Origin: the human T2T-CHM13v2.0 reference genome, Homo sapiens
DNA: 64,000 bases
NCBI RefSeq assembly: GCF_009914755.1
Contig: NC_060930.1
Reading direction: 5' to 3' (one strand)
Part shown: positions 27,811 to 41,692 of the stretch, piece after piece
How positions within the stretch are numbered: position 1 is the stretch's first letter
How the letters are laid out: each line of letters opens with the position of its first letter
Notes under the pieces: model-generated
What the model saw: only the letters and a program-made list of their open reading frames with translations
Told to the model about the DNA's origin: nothing
Databases searched by the model: none
Translations under genes and position numbers: made by a program

Positions 27811-28999
27811 TTCCACCATGCTATTAAGAAAATCTATATAGAGTATTGTGTTTGGAATATTATGATATTTAGTGTATCATGTATTAGCTTTAAAATTTCA
27901 TATTCATTTTTGAACTATACTCTACAAGCAAGGTATTTTAATAACCCCAAGTCTTGAGTGTTTGCAGATTCTATTACACTGAAAAAGAGAAATTTTCCAA
28001 TATTAGTCCAAGAGGTGCTGGCAAATATGAAGGTGTTCTATGCAGCCACATTTTGATTAATTTTTTGTAAAGTATTTGGATTTAAGTTTAGCTTTCATTC
28101 ATCTATTACTTTTTCATTCAATATTTAAGAGGTTATTCCTAGTTCATTCTCCAGATATTCTTTCATATAAAATATAGAAAAAATACAGCTTCTCAACTCT
28201 TCACACAGATGGCACAGAGAAAGCAGTTCAAATTATATTAATTCAATGATCAATTTATTTTTTGACTTTCTGAAATTAAGGAGAATAATCTTTAATAACC
28301 AAGGGCTGAATAAATATGGCAGGAGTGTTAAGGCCCAATAAATAGATTGAGATAGTGAGGGAGTACTTACATGCTGTCAACTAGTTATCTCCAAACTTAG
28401 ATAAATTAGTTTTCACCTATTCAACAAACATTTAATAAACATCTACTACATACTAGGCTTTGAAATGATACATGGCATTTAGTTTTAAAGCAGTAACCTA
28501 GACCAGAATCCAGGCCTTCTGACTACTGTTCAAGGACTTTCCATTCCTGCTAAATTATATTATTGGTTAATCTACATTTTATGAGTTGGTTATTCCTTTG
28601 CACTGCAATTCTGAACAATTCCTTGAATCTTAAATCTCTGAGATTTCTAAAACAATTTGTAGACCTTATCTCAAAGCCACTGCCTGTAATTGTGGAGAAA
28701 TCCTGGGAAAAGAAGAGTTCCCAGACTAGAAGTGATCAAAAATTGTCTCGTTTAAAAAATGGATAGAGATATAAATTCTAGAGAGTACAGTCTTTCAAGT
28801 TTAATATTGATTTTTAATATTCTAGAGTAGAGGATCAAGTTGTATGTCTGTTAGTCCTTAGAATAACATGTATGGTTGGTAGAAATTGATACAGATACAT
28901 TAGGAACAAGTTATGTTCTCTCAACCTCATTCCCTTTTTTGGTTTTGGTTGTGTATTATAGACATCCATATTCAGAAATTGTTGATTTATTGAACGGCT

Positions 29000-29560
29000 A
29001 AATTGGAGAGAACCTACTGATGATTCAGATGGCCTTGGCTATTATGTTCAATATTTGAAAATAGTATGTGAGTGGAAACATTTTTATAGAGTACTGAAAT
29101 GTACAAAAGTGATTTGTAAGGTTTCAATTAATACTAAATGATGAAATTTAGGACTTTATTGAATGAGAATGTAGTACATTTTAAAATATTTTTACATGAC
29201 ATGAAAGTGGAAAATACGTCAAATCTAACAGATGATAAAATTAGGATGTCAATGATCCCGGTAAAGTGAGGCCTTATAGACAGATATAAAGGTTTGCATT
29301 TGGGCTAAAATATCGACCTCATGAGTACCCGATGAGAGAAATTTGACCAAACAGTTAAAGTGAAAAGAACTTGGGTTCTTCATTGAACCCCAACAAAATC
29401 ATGCAGCTGCTAGAAATTTAATATGATCTTATAGCGAGAAATAAGATCAAGGTTACATGAGGGAGTGACTTGCCTAAACTCGTACAGTCCCAGTGCAATT
29501 CTCTGAAATAATATGTTCAGTTGAGGCAATAATATTTCAGAAGGGGCTATTAATTTGGAG
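29000..29560 (+). mobile_element. Possible CR1/L3 remnant
   Basis: Degenerate CR1 RT-region motifs ('aaaggtttgcatttggg', 'gtgaaaagaacttggg', 'tatgttcagtt'). Highly diverged. Confidence 0.4.
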
Positions 29561-30627
29561 TTTGTGGAGGAATTAAAAAGAAAAGAGAAGTTTCAATTCT
29601 ATTAAACAGTTTAAAAATAATTACGAATATTTTTAAACAATAAGGTTATGAAACAACTCTGCCATGTTATAAAGGGAAAAAGCCCAAATCTTAAGTAATA
29701 TTTTAAATAATGTTTAAGATAAACATTTAACTTGAGTTCTGAAATACAGAATTATAATTTGAATGATTCACGTAAGCTCTTCTACTTTAAGAGTTTTTGC
29801 AAATCTATAAATCACATTTTTAAGACTTTTCTTGGGCAAAGGAAGTCCCTAAATTAATGTATGTTTGTTCATGTTTATTTTATCATTTGCTTGCTTTCCT
29901 TTGCTTGTTTTCTGGTTTTAGTTTTTGCTTTTATTATGGACATTTTTTTTCCTCCTGTACTTTTAACTACCAGAAAATAGGTGTTTGCAACATTATTATT
30001 ATTCCTAGTAAATAGAAATTTGTTTCCATGACTGCTGCAAATTAATCAAGCAATATACATCAAATAAACCTTTTGTTGTCCTATTTTTGTCCCCATAGGC
30101 ATTGAACATTATAATGTAACAGTCACAATTATAGCACATAATAAAAATAGGTTTTCCTTTGAATGTTATGTATATAAAACTTTCAGGGTTAATTCTGCTT
30201 ACCTTTATATGCATGCAGAAAAAGCTTATGTGTCTTTTTCTATATATATTCATACATAATTCAAGTCATACTATAATAATATTAGTAAACTAATGTGAAA
30301 AATATTAACGTTTCAGGAAAAAGGAAAAACTCAAATGGTAACTGAAGTGTAATGTAGATATAAATCACCACTGAAGAAAAAGACAGATGTACTATATAGA
30401 GGCATAGTATATATCTCAAGCTGAATTTGGGATTTTGAGCTTCGTTTTTGTTTCTGAAAAGACTTTTGAAGACAGTTCCAAACTATACAACTATGAATAA
30501 CTTTAGTAATAGTTTTTCTGTTATTTCCTATTGAAATAGTAACATATTTAAGAAAAAAAAGGGAAAAAAATCTCTTCAGAACGAAGAGAAATAATCTGAT
30601 TAATTTATGAGAAAAAAACCAAGGGCT

Positions 30628-31405
30628 TATAAGAGGTTTTTTTCCACTCCTGACACCAACCAATGCTGACACCAACTGGGTGTCCTACAATTCAATTCAA
30701 TTCTAGAACCAACTACTGTAGTCAGCGTCAGTCTCCACAGGTTGAAGTACTCAGTGGCATAAGACTGACCTCCCTTCAGATACTAGTGGCAAGTACCAGA
30801 CCCCCAAGTTACCTGAACTTCTTTCCAACATGGATACAAAGTCAAGGTTCCCCCCAACCTTCAGATTTGATAATTTGCAAGAACCGCTCATAAAACTCAG
30901 GGAATCACCTAACTCATGTTGACTAATTTATTATAAACGATACAAATGAATAGCCAGATGAAGAGGTACATAGAGCTGGAAGGGGCTGGAAGGGTCCTGG
31001 GTACAGAAGCCTTTGTCCTATGGATTGGGGTCCACCACCCTCCTGGCACATGAATACATTCACCCACCCAAAAGTCCTCAAAACCCATCACTTAGGGGTT
31101 TTTATGAAGGTTTTTATTATCTAGCCATGACTACATCACTGGAATTAATGGTGATTAACTCAATCTCCATCCCCTATCCCCTCCCTGGAAGTTGGAGGTG
31201 GGATTGAGAGTTCCAAGCTTCTAGTTAAGACTTGGTCTTTCTGGCGACAGCTCCCATCCTGAAGCTATCTAGGGGCCCACCAAGAGTTGCCTCTTTAGAA
31301 CAAAAGATGCTCCTATCACCTTAATTCCTCAGAAAGTCCCAAGGATTTAAGGAACTCTTTTCCAAAAACTGGAAACAAAGACCAAATACTTTCTATGATA
31401 CCACA
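30628..31405 (-). mobile_element. MER21-family LTR
   Basis: 'gacaccaactgggtgtcctacaattcaattcaattct', 'agccagatgaagaggtacatag', ending 'aaagaccaaata...gataccaca'. Confidence 0.8.
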
Positions 31406-34194
31406 CTTTGATTTCTTAAAAAGAAAAAAAAAAGGCAGTTTATTTTACTGAATATATGGTGCATTTTTTAATGATGGACAATAAATCAGCACTGTTTATT
31501 TACTGAAAGACAGTATGTTTTATACCTCAACCTCTAGATGAATCTAAAACAATTAGTGAAAAGTGAAAGATTTAGTCAGAGAGTTCTTTATCATCCTCAG
31601 GGCAAAAACTAACATTTTCATTGAAAATATCTTCAGATGTGTGGAAGAAGAATCTTAAATTTATTTAAGTCCAATAATTTTGATTATCGTGTTTTGTGTT
31701 TAACTTAGAAATAAAAGATACCCTAAATAAAAAGCAGTGCAGCAAGTAAAACAGAATGAAATATATTTCTATAGTAAAAAAAAAAAATCAACTGTTATTT
31801 CTGTCTCTTTAATAGCAATTTCCATGAAGTCTGCAAGATGGCAGTGTTCTTTTTTATAATATTATTATTTTGAAGATGAATTCTAATAACAACTAAGATA
31901 TGAAATCTTAGTATATGTTAGTTACTATGTTAACTGCTTTAGATGGATTATTTCACTCAGTTGTCATGATATTACCATGAGAATCTTACTAGAAAAACTA
32001 TTTAGTGTCCAGGTAATTTGCCCATGGTCTTAGACAGTATGAGGTGAAACCAGAAATAGAATGCAAGTGAGTAACTCGAATACTTTCCTCTTAAACTTGC
32101 ACTTCCCTGTCCACTAAAAGCAGACACTCTTCTCTGGTCAGTTTCTAATAAAAGATGCTATAATGTTTATTATCAAAATAATAGAGAATGAGTTGAATAC
32201 TTGGAAAGTTGAAAGATTTTGTTTAAAAAGATATTATGGTTGAAGATAAGAATACATTGCCTTACTAGAATGCTGTTCAACAATTTACCTGATAATGTAT
32301 TTTACAGAACCATAACTATAATATATTCCCAGAGAATTGTATACATTCTCATTTTATCTGAATTCGGTAAATAACAGCACTACCCAGACTATATCCTAGC
32401 TAATGTAACCAAGAAAGCAATTTCTAAGAAATGACATGTCCCAATATTGATTCAACAAAGTGTACAATGCCATATACAGAAGAGTAAATTTTATTTCTTT
32501 CTTTAGTAGACATTCATCATATATATTTTAAAATACGAGAGATTGAAACTTTTGGGAAAAAAATTAGTGTGTAGCTCGCTACATTTATGTATCTATAGGG
32601 AGTTACTATGGTTGTTTTTTGGTTAAATGGTCCATAGTGAATGAGTGATTGTGGCTAATATGACTACCTTTTACAGAGAAGGCTAGACTTTGAAGAAATC
32701 CAACTGAGCAGGAATGTGTATAAATAGATCAGCATATAAATCTTGACTTGTCATTGTCCCACTCCCTTGCATTATTTCTGTTAACAATGATTCCCTTCTA
32801 GAAATATTATGAGAAGAGTAGGAATTTATTTTCTCTTTGATATCCTTGGCAAGCATGATGAACATTAACTTGTTTAGTTGTGGAGGAGGAATTTTGCATT
32901 ATCAATGATTTCAATGCTATTTCTGGCACCCAGGTTCAGAAGAAGATGTATAGCCTCTTTAAAAAGGTGTCATCTTGAATCCAGAATGTTTTATTATTTT
33001 TAGTTGGGAGCAGCCTCCCTGAAATTTCACTATAAATAATGATATAATTATTTATATCAACCAGTGATACATTCAGGAGACCCTAATTTTGCTTAATTTT
33101 TTTTCATGAAATCTATAGATGTATTGTTCAAATATATGAAACATATTTAGGTGCTTCTGGGACTTTAGTGTTCATAAATATAAATATTATTTTTCTATTT
33201 TTATTTTATAAGTTTGATGTACTGAGATTTTAGAAGTGATGATAAAAAAATTGGAATTTTTAGAGCAATCTTCAGTGTTTCAGGAAGCAACTACATTCAG
33301 TGTTCTGCCAAAAATGTTAATAGCTTTTTTCCTTTTCTAATCATAAAAGTAGTACAAACATTGTAAAAATTCAAATAAGAGAGACAGTTTATTTTAAAAA
33401 ATCATCCATAACCTCACCACATAGAGAAAGCTGGTATGGTCAGTTCTGCTAAAATATGACATATGTGTTCTTAAAACTCACATTACTATAATAAGTAAGC
33501 TAATTAAAAGTAAATATGTACATTTATTTTAAAAAGTCTCAAATCAACTTTGTTAACCCTTGCCCCTCTGAACCCTTGCACACCCTGTTTCTTAAAGATG
33601 CCATTGTACCAAAGTAAGGATTTTCCATTTATCTGTACTCCATCACTGTCCCCTGTTCATTCACTTCATACTATTTTTCACAATTTCTATCTTTGTATCT
33701 TTGTGGCATGCTGAGAGTTACAGACAGATGCAGGAGTAAGAATGACGTAGCATCTTTTCGTTAAATATTTGGGGAAAAGTTTATTTCTAAAACAAAACAT
33801 ATATACATTTTTGTATGAATTTAAAAGTTACTCTTACTCCAGAGATAGTTTTCCTTTGGTAAAGGTTACTCTGTCCTTCCAAGATTTTTGGTGAAAAAAT
33901 CAGAATGCAAGAATACAGCATTATGGATGCTAAATTCCCAGAAGAAGAATTTTATAAGAATTTTAAAGATATTATGCAATTGCTGACCTATGACTTTGTA
34001 TCAGTATACCACCCACCCCCGCCAACAGTATCTAAGTGTACACATTTTTTCCATTAAGGCTGTAATGATGTAAAGAACTTTAATTGTAAACTTATATAAC
34101 AGAATAAGCCAAATCCTACTAGCTTCATCAGGGAAACTCATCGAAGTTATTATTCAATTGGACATTTAAATTGTATACTGCACTCATAGACCTC

Positions 34195-34219
34195 GTGTGT
34201 GTGTGTGTGTGTGTGTGTG
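34195..34219. repeat. (GT)12 microsatellite
   Basis: Read directly. Confidence 0.95.
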
Positions 34220-34979
34220 CAAATATACACGTGTGCTCATGCATGTTTTGTCTATGTTTTTATTTAAAGCAGGCAATATTGAGTCCAATGCGTTTACAAA
34301 TATCAAGTAATAATAATAAATAAGCTTAGTTAGTAAAGTCTAATTCTTTTGCAGCATCATGTTTTTCCTCTAGTAAGGACAACAATGAATGTTTGTGTTA
34401 CTTTAAAATGTGTTCATTTTTATCTGATTCTAAAAGCTTTTCTAGTGACATAAGCATTCTTCAGAACATCCTTTTCTGTGACATCTATGTATGTCTTATA
34501 GTTTATTTTAGTGAGCCTACATAGATATCCCATGACACTGAATTTTATTGGCATTTTCCTTTGCTTTTATTCAGCTTGGCTCTGTAACATTTACTTTGTC
34601 AATTATAGTCATCTTAGTATTCACAGTCAATTCTACCACTGTGTGACTTTAATTGTATTTCGCTAAATTAAAGAGGCATTATAAAGTTGTTACCCTTTGA
34701 TTTTTCAGTTTAATTTCATTTTTCTTTAATCTTTGGAGCAACCAGATTATCAATTAGCATAATAAAACAGTCAGTGTGGAATTTAGTAACTATATTGAAT
34801 ATTCTATAAAGTAGGCTGGTTTGTACAACATCAGTGTATGCAAAGAATGGTAAAATGCTTATTCTCTTACTACACCTTAAGAGTATCCCCGTATGTATCT
34901 TAAACTGATAGTATATTGGACCATTACACAGGAAAACATTGTTAATGGGTGAATAATATTAATGCCTTGCACTTTAGTA

Positions 34980-35200
34980 ATACATCTTATTCAAAGACCC
35001 TAAAGTGTTTCACATATGACAATTAATCAAGTCTTACCACATTACTCCAAGCCAGGTATTATTATCTGCTATTATAATTTAGATAAACTATCGTTATAGT
35101 TAAGAAAGATGAAAGATTAAGTGACTTGTCAAAGATCACATATTAGTTCAATACGGGAGCAATATAACTCAGATTCCTGACTGCTGCTATTAACATTAAG
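34980..35200 (-). mobile_element. MIR remnant
   Basis: 'ttaagtgacttgtcaaagatcaca', an antisense MIR core. Similar remnants lie at about 20235-20420, 21400-21620, 31890-32090, 55780-55900 and 62380-62560. Confidence 0.6.
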
Positions 35201-38051
35201 CACAGCCACCATGCATGTTATCCAGAGAGCACAGCACTGTTCTTTTGAAACCGCTTACTCTATGCCCACCTATTAAGAAGTTTAAGTGAACATGAATATA
35301 ATGGCATTAGATCGTGTATCCACATCCAATGCCAAATTTGGAGGCAAGTACGTGTGTAATTTTCTGAAAGATGGGAAAATGTTAAACCCATAAGTTAGCA
35401 TCATTTTTTATTAGAAAATGTTGTAGTGCCTTTAAAATAGTGCTTAGCTATCTCATTGTTCCTAGTGACTGCAAACGTGAGAACAATGGAAAATTGAAAG
35501 TGGTTTTCATTGATAGTGTAGTGGAGCTGTTACCAAAGTAGATGTTCTAGGATGAAGTCTTTTCACAAGACTACTGCTCAGATGTCATGATTGCTCTGGA
35601 GTGTTTGCAACAAAGGACACTGTTGATTTCTTTTATGATGTTTCTTTATAATTTGAGGGAATGGCAGGACTCGCAAGTCTCTTTTTTGCTTTTTCTTTCT
35701 TGTTTTCTCTCTATGAATGATTTTTTTTTTTCTGGTAAAGGTAGTTTTATTTGGTTGAGGTCTTTTGCTACTAACTCTTCATTCAGTGCTGTAGATCCAT
35801 TCCAATGTCCATTTAGTGAGAATCACTGGGAGCGATTTGTGCAATTGATTGGTGACATCGAGCACAGAATTGATGCTTCATTGCTTTGGGAGTCCTTCCT
35901 AGAGGAGACAGAATTGTCAAACAAAATGCAGGAGAGTATTTCATCTGGGTGAAACTGGATATCACAATTGTTAGAACTCAGCTTCTGAAAATCCTGCTTA
36001 TTTTCTCTCTGCTTTTTGACACCAAGCCGTGCCTAACTCCCCTGAATACTAGAGTGGTTTGTATTTGTATTCATGGTAGCTGTGCACTAAAACTACTGCA
36101 GATAATTTAGGTAATTGGCAAACCACAGGGGCACTTAGTCTGCTCACCTGCCTATTTTAGGTTGGCTCATCATCACTCTAATTGGCAGTGGGTAGTTACT
36201 GGTCCATTTGCCATGTATTATGACAAAAGATGCTAATGGGCCCCGGCAGTGGGTGGGTTGTACCTTTGCCCTGCTTCTGGCATGCAGAAAGCAATCCCAC
36301 TGTTTTTGCATAGCAAGTAGCATGGCTGGACATTTTTCCTACATCAAAAAGAGCTTTTCCTTTTGAAAAATGACAACTTCCCCTGGCAAAGGCCTAATCT
36401 CAGAATTGACACGTATCCTTTCTCGCAGCCACCATATAGTACATTGTCCCTAAAAACAAGAGTACATCAGTCAAGGTAGTTTTCATCATTTTCACCACAT
36501 TTTTATTATCAGAACTCCTCTGAAGCTTGAAATTGAAATCTGTTTCTTTCTTGACATTTTTCTCTATATTGGGCATGTAATTATGGGCCCAAACGAAGTT
36601 CAAGAGGAATGGATCAACAAAGCCCACAGCTAAGCACACTAAACCTTGATCTTGGAGGAAAATATGAATTCCAAGGTGGATTTGGACAGCTGTGCTATGA
36701 ATGCCACAGTGAGCAAATGTGGAATCAGAAGGAATATCCCATGGTTAGCTGACATTTTTTTTTTACATAAATTCAAGGAACATAAGCAGAAATTCAGTTC
36801 TCCTAGCACACAGGATACTGGTTCTTAGCATTCTGAAGATAAGAACTCATTTGTAAAATAACAAAAAATGGTCTGCTCAGTGGATAATAATATTGATTTG
36901 ACCAACTATCAATGGAGGATATGTTAGTATTAATTCAACAATTTTAAATAAAATGTTTATTTTGTTAATTACAACAGCAACTACGCTTGGGGAAAAATCA
37001 GCGTAAGAGAGACATCATTCCAAAGGCTGGGCTTTGCACACAAATATAGATTAGCAGATACATAACAATTGCTCTGTGACCTATGGTTTGAAAATTGCTG
37101 ATGCAGAGCCTATGAAGAAAGGCCTAGTTTATTTTAGTGTTGTAGTGCAATTGTGATGATAAACATTTATCAGGTTAATAAAATGGATTTATGATATGAT
37201 GACATTGTGTGAGATGCATTTGTAGGTGGGTTTACATTAATTCACTAAAAAATCAGCCTAGAACTAAGAAAAAATAATTAATGTTTATTGATTAGAATGC
37301 TGTTAAATTATCTTTTATTTCCAACTGTTTGTCAGGTTGAATTAAAGTTACATGCAGTCATTAACATAAGTTGGTATGCTAAAGTTTTAAATAATGTGCT
37401 TGGATTTTAAACAACACGGAATTCATTCAGAACAGATACTGCAGACTCTGGCAATATTTTCACTCAATGATATTAGTAATTAGATCCAGGATTTTTCTAA
37501 AGCTTATACTTTAGGAGCGTATGAATTATGCTTGCATCTACAATTCCCCTCCGCTGTACATTGTTTTCTGCTAGATTATTAGCTGGAATATACCCAGACA
37601 CTCTTATATTCATCTTTTGTGCTTGAAGATGCCACTGCTAATGGGCATTATATTCTGTGAGTGTTTGAGTGAGAGCAAAGTTAGAGAAGTGGCTGACAAT
37701 AGTCTTTTTTCTCTGGTGGTGGTGGTGGCTTTTTGTGTAGAGAGAAAGATTCAGGAAGCTTTAAACCTTTGTTGAAACTGGTTCAGTGAATCTCTGTGAA
37801 GAAGCACTGGTGATGGCCTGTCTGTCTGTCTGTCAGGTGGTTTTCCTGTTATCTATGTAGAGGACATATTATTAGCTATGTTGTTCCTTGGGGTCTTATT
37901 GTATTTCTTTGAAGTGCTTGGCTAATGGTTATGTCACCTCAGCTACTCTGTGGAAGTCCTACCAGCCAGTCAGTCTCTGTTCCTGTCACAAACAGTACAC
38001 CTATCCTAGCTTAATTGTATTCCAGGACTTTAGGATGGGTGGTTCATGGAC

Positions 38052-38266
38052 CAACATTTCTGAATTTTAGCACTATTGCATTTGGAAACAATTTTTTGTT
38101 CAGGGCTGTACTGTGTGTGAGTGGTAGGATGTTTAGCAGCATCTCTGGCCTCTGCCCACTAGGTGCCAGTAGCACCTCCTTGCTCTGGTTGCAACAAGCA
38201 AAAATGTTTCAAGATGTTGCCAGTGTCCTCTTGGGGACAAAATGATTCCAAATTGAAAACCACTGT
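38052..38266 (+). mobile_element. MER20 hAT DNA transposon
   Basis: 'aggatgtttagcagcatctctggcctctgcccactaggtgccagtagcacc' and the terminal 'ttgaaaaccactg'. Confidence 0.85.
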
Positions 38267-38494
38267 CCTAGGCTATCATGTGATGCTCAGTATGGCCTAT
38301 ACATAATAGGATATCAAGAAGATGGGAATGATGCTTATAATATGCCTAAAACATCTAATCAGAGAAACAGGACAATTCTATGGCCATTTTATAGGCCTTC
38401 AGTTTGAAGAAGATCTGTGCCACACTGCCTCTAACCAATATCATTCTATTTTTGAAAGGGATAGCAAATGGTTACATAAATAATAAAGATGGAT

Positions 38495-38500
<6 letters not shown>

Positions 38501-38540
<40 letters not shown>
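38501..38540. repeat. (TG)20 microsatellite
   Basis: Perfect run, read directly. Confidence 0.97.
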
Positions 38541-38544
<4 letters not shown>

Positions 38545-38869
38545 TTTCCCAGTATGATTCCTCTGTAGGTAAATGTTCTCAAGCCAAATTTCAGAATGTT
38601 TGGTGCTAATGTGTAAAGTCATATAGAAGCAAATTGCCTATTTTATGGACTTGAAATTGAAAGGGATTTGTAAATGTTACCACATTGATTTCTTTAGCTG
38701 AGTTTGACCTTAGTGGATGTATAGGAACAAACTATATTTCTTCTTTAGTTTTTTGGATAAAAGGAAAAGAGTGACCTAACTAAAATGGAAAGCTTATTGT
38801 TATTTTAATATAATGCATTCCTCACAGACCTTAGGAAGATCTTGGAGTCAGGGTATGAACAGCTGTTTG

Positions 38870-39310
38870 GAGTCATTCTCACATTTGTTCATGCGTTCAT
38901 TTAACAGATATTTATTGAGCACTTCTTCTGTGCCAGAAGCACACAAGAGCCCAGTGTCTTCCTCTCTTTCTCTTTCTCTCTCTCTTCTCTGCATGGTCAC
39001 TTCAGTCTTCTCCCTCTATTCCTCAGGCCCAGTTTTATGAGCTTCCTGGCCAATATGCAGAAAATAAGGTGCCCACATAGCTGACAAGTTTTCCTTGTCT
39101 TCTGCCTAAGAAAGTTCCTTCAGCTGAGGAGACCATCTCTTCGTGCTATTCACAGAGTTTAAGAGAAGGGACTCTGACTATCCTAATTGGGTCAGGTGCC
39201 CACCCTGAGCTAACAGTTGTGCCCAGCATGTACTATCCCAGGGAACAAACATGACTGCTGGGAGCCTTCCTCCACAGTCATATGAATCACATTGGAGGGA
39301 GCAAAGTTCC
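38870..39310 (-). mobile_element. L2 3' end followed by an old MaLR (MLT1J/K-like) fragment
   Basis: 'cattt aacagatatttattgagcac...tgtgccag' is the L2 tail on the antisense strand. 'ttgggtcaggtgcccaccctg' is an old MLT1 motif. Confidence 0.55.
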
Positions 39311-39634
39311 CAGAAAAGAGAGACTGTGTAACTCATCCTCAAAATCCCCAATTTGGAACAACATTTTAAGTGGCAAAATGCAAAAGGTGCACATAATAAC
39401 TGAAGCAAATAAGAGGAAGTTGGGTGCAGGCCATAGTTGGAAAGTGTGTGTGGCTGCTCAGGGACATGGCTCCTCATCTTCAGTGATATCTAGAAAGTTA
39501 AAGAGAGCAGACAGAGGTGGGATTAGTATGACTATGTATGTACAAGCCACAGAAGTGGGTTAATTTCTCTCTAGTCCTTTAGAGATTTGGGAGATAGTTT
39601 GGGAATAATTCAGGAGTAAGTAAATAGTGATAGT

Positions 39635-39921
39635 AGCTGGGTGTGGTGGCTCTGCCTGTAATGTGAACACTTTGGGAGGTGGAGGCAGGAGGATGGCTTG
39701 AGCTCAGGAGTTTGAGACCAGTCTGGGAAACATAAGGAGACCCTGTCTCTAACAAACAAACAATAAACAAACAAGCAAACAAAAAAGGGAGAGAGAAAAA
39801 GTAAAGAAAAAGAATCTGGCATGAGAAGGCTGAGGTGTGAGGATCGCTTGAGTCCAGGAGGTCAAGGCATCAGTGAGCCATGATCACGCCACTACACTCC
39901 AGCCTGGGTGACACAGCAAGA
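39635..39921 (+). mobile_element. AluJ with an expanded A-rich linker, partly deleted right arm and no tail
   Basis: 'ggaggatggcttgagctcaggagtttgagacc' and 'gaggatcgcttgagtccaggaggtcaagg..gtgagccatgatc'. Confidence 0.85.
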
Positions 39922-41692
39922 GCATAGACGGGATTCTCATAGACCAGTTAGTTTGGCATTATCAAGCTGTAGATACAAGAGATTGTTCAGGAGGCCCATG
40001 TGCTGGGACATGATGAGAGAGGAGGATGCAGGGAAAATTTCCTCCTACCTCAGCTCCTCAGTACCCTTTCCTTTCACCACCCCTGGGCACAACTAGTGCA
40101 ATCCAACGAGATAAGCTTGTAAGGCTGATGGGGATGCCCTGCCGTTTGTGACCATTATCATAAACCTTAGACCAGTTGACTCCTTCTAGACCTCCCATCT
40201 ATGCAATACTTGGGCATGACCAATATGTTGAGGGGAAGATTATTAGAATCTTTGAAAAGCCAACACATAGTTGAAGAGAACACATCCACTTTATAATTTT
40301 ATATTTGACAGAGAACTTGCTCAGGCCAAAACCAAATTTTCCAACTTCTACCATGATTCATGAGATCTTGCATTTGGGAGGAACTGTGCATTGACTCAGG
40401 TGATGATGAAGTGGCATATTTTCCCCAGTTTTCCTTATGTTTCTATATTCTTCAGAAAACTACAAAGAGTGATTTGCATACCATGCCCTGGGAAATCCAA
40501 AATTCTCTAGTGAATTTATACCAAATGCTCTCAAAATCACCATCTAATTCATAATACCACCTTACTTATTAATAATTAATTAATCAATGACTTGATATAC
40601 TTAGGTAATACAGACTGTGGGGAAAAAAGGTAACCATGATGTTAGTTTCCTAGAGAAAGAGCAAGAATGCTTTCAGAGAAAGTCCAGCAACTCACCTGCT
40701 GTGGCATGGTTACTGGTGATGGGTAATATACATTCTCTGTTAATGGTGTAATGATACGCTTGGGCTTATTGCACATCCAAACATGATTAGTGTTTTCTAC
40801 TTTAAAATGACTGCATAGAATACAATGTTTATTTAAGAGTAAATAATAGGAGTAAGCTAATTGAAAACTCAACTGCAATTGTAGCAATTGTTTAGAATTT
40901 GATTTTTTTAATATTTTAAATAATTTTTATTTCTGGGAGAAATATTTTATCACTATCAGTGCACATTCATAATATAAAGCAGGCTGACTTTCAGTTGCTT
41001 TTATTATTGTTTTCAAATTCTCTCCATACAGTGCAGCCCTTCATTGTATACTCTGGGGTAGAAGGCTTCTCCATGTCCTCCAGTGGTACAGCATTGCTTC
41101 TGTCTTGAAATATTTCCTTCTCTGTGTAATCCTCAGTATTTTCCACATGGGAATAATAATAGAACCTAATAGTTTTATTTTATATGTTGTGAGAATTAGA
41201 CAATTTATGTGTGTGGAACATACTAGGAATTCAATTATTGTTACTTATTCCAATAAAAAATTGAGATTTTTTTCTTCACTCTTTTTTTATCACTAGGCAA
41301 GCTATAGATTTCTATTGGATTGACTGAAAACTTAATGAAATGCTTTCTAAGCATTCCACCATTTTTCAAATTTTCATATAATGAATCAAACCACATTTCT
41401 ATTTTCCTGGAAAAAATGCAGGGAAGTTCTTATTACAAAAATGTTTGGCATCATCAGTAGAGTTTGGATCTACTTATAACTAAATACATTTTGCTGTTGA
41501 TCTGAAAAGTTTGCCATGGTGCTAAAGCCCTTCATTAGGATAGAACTAACCATGTGGACATTGGTCGTTGTGAATTCTTTTTGTCTGACTGAAGTAGGGG
41601 GGAAATAACATTTTTAAGTGACTCTAGTTTCTTTAGTTTATATAAACATATCCAAAAATTTAGAATGCAATTGGAAGCCGGCATCTGAATAT

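Noticed and set aside
31830-31846. CTCF-like motif ctgcaagatggcagtg
   Set aside because: Several mismatches in the 5' half of the core, so it cannot be supported without ChIP data.
33435-33495. Possible Tigger15-like terminal fragment
   Set aside because: Too short and diverged to call from recall.
35587-35952. 121-aa ORF in non-repeat DNA
   Set aside because: Its N-terminal half crosses T-rich low-complexity sequence. I recognise no domain and no supporting splice or promoter structure. A BLASTP or PhyloCSF hit would overturn this.
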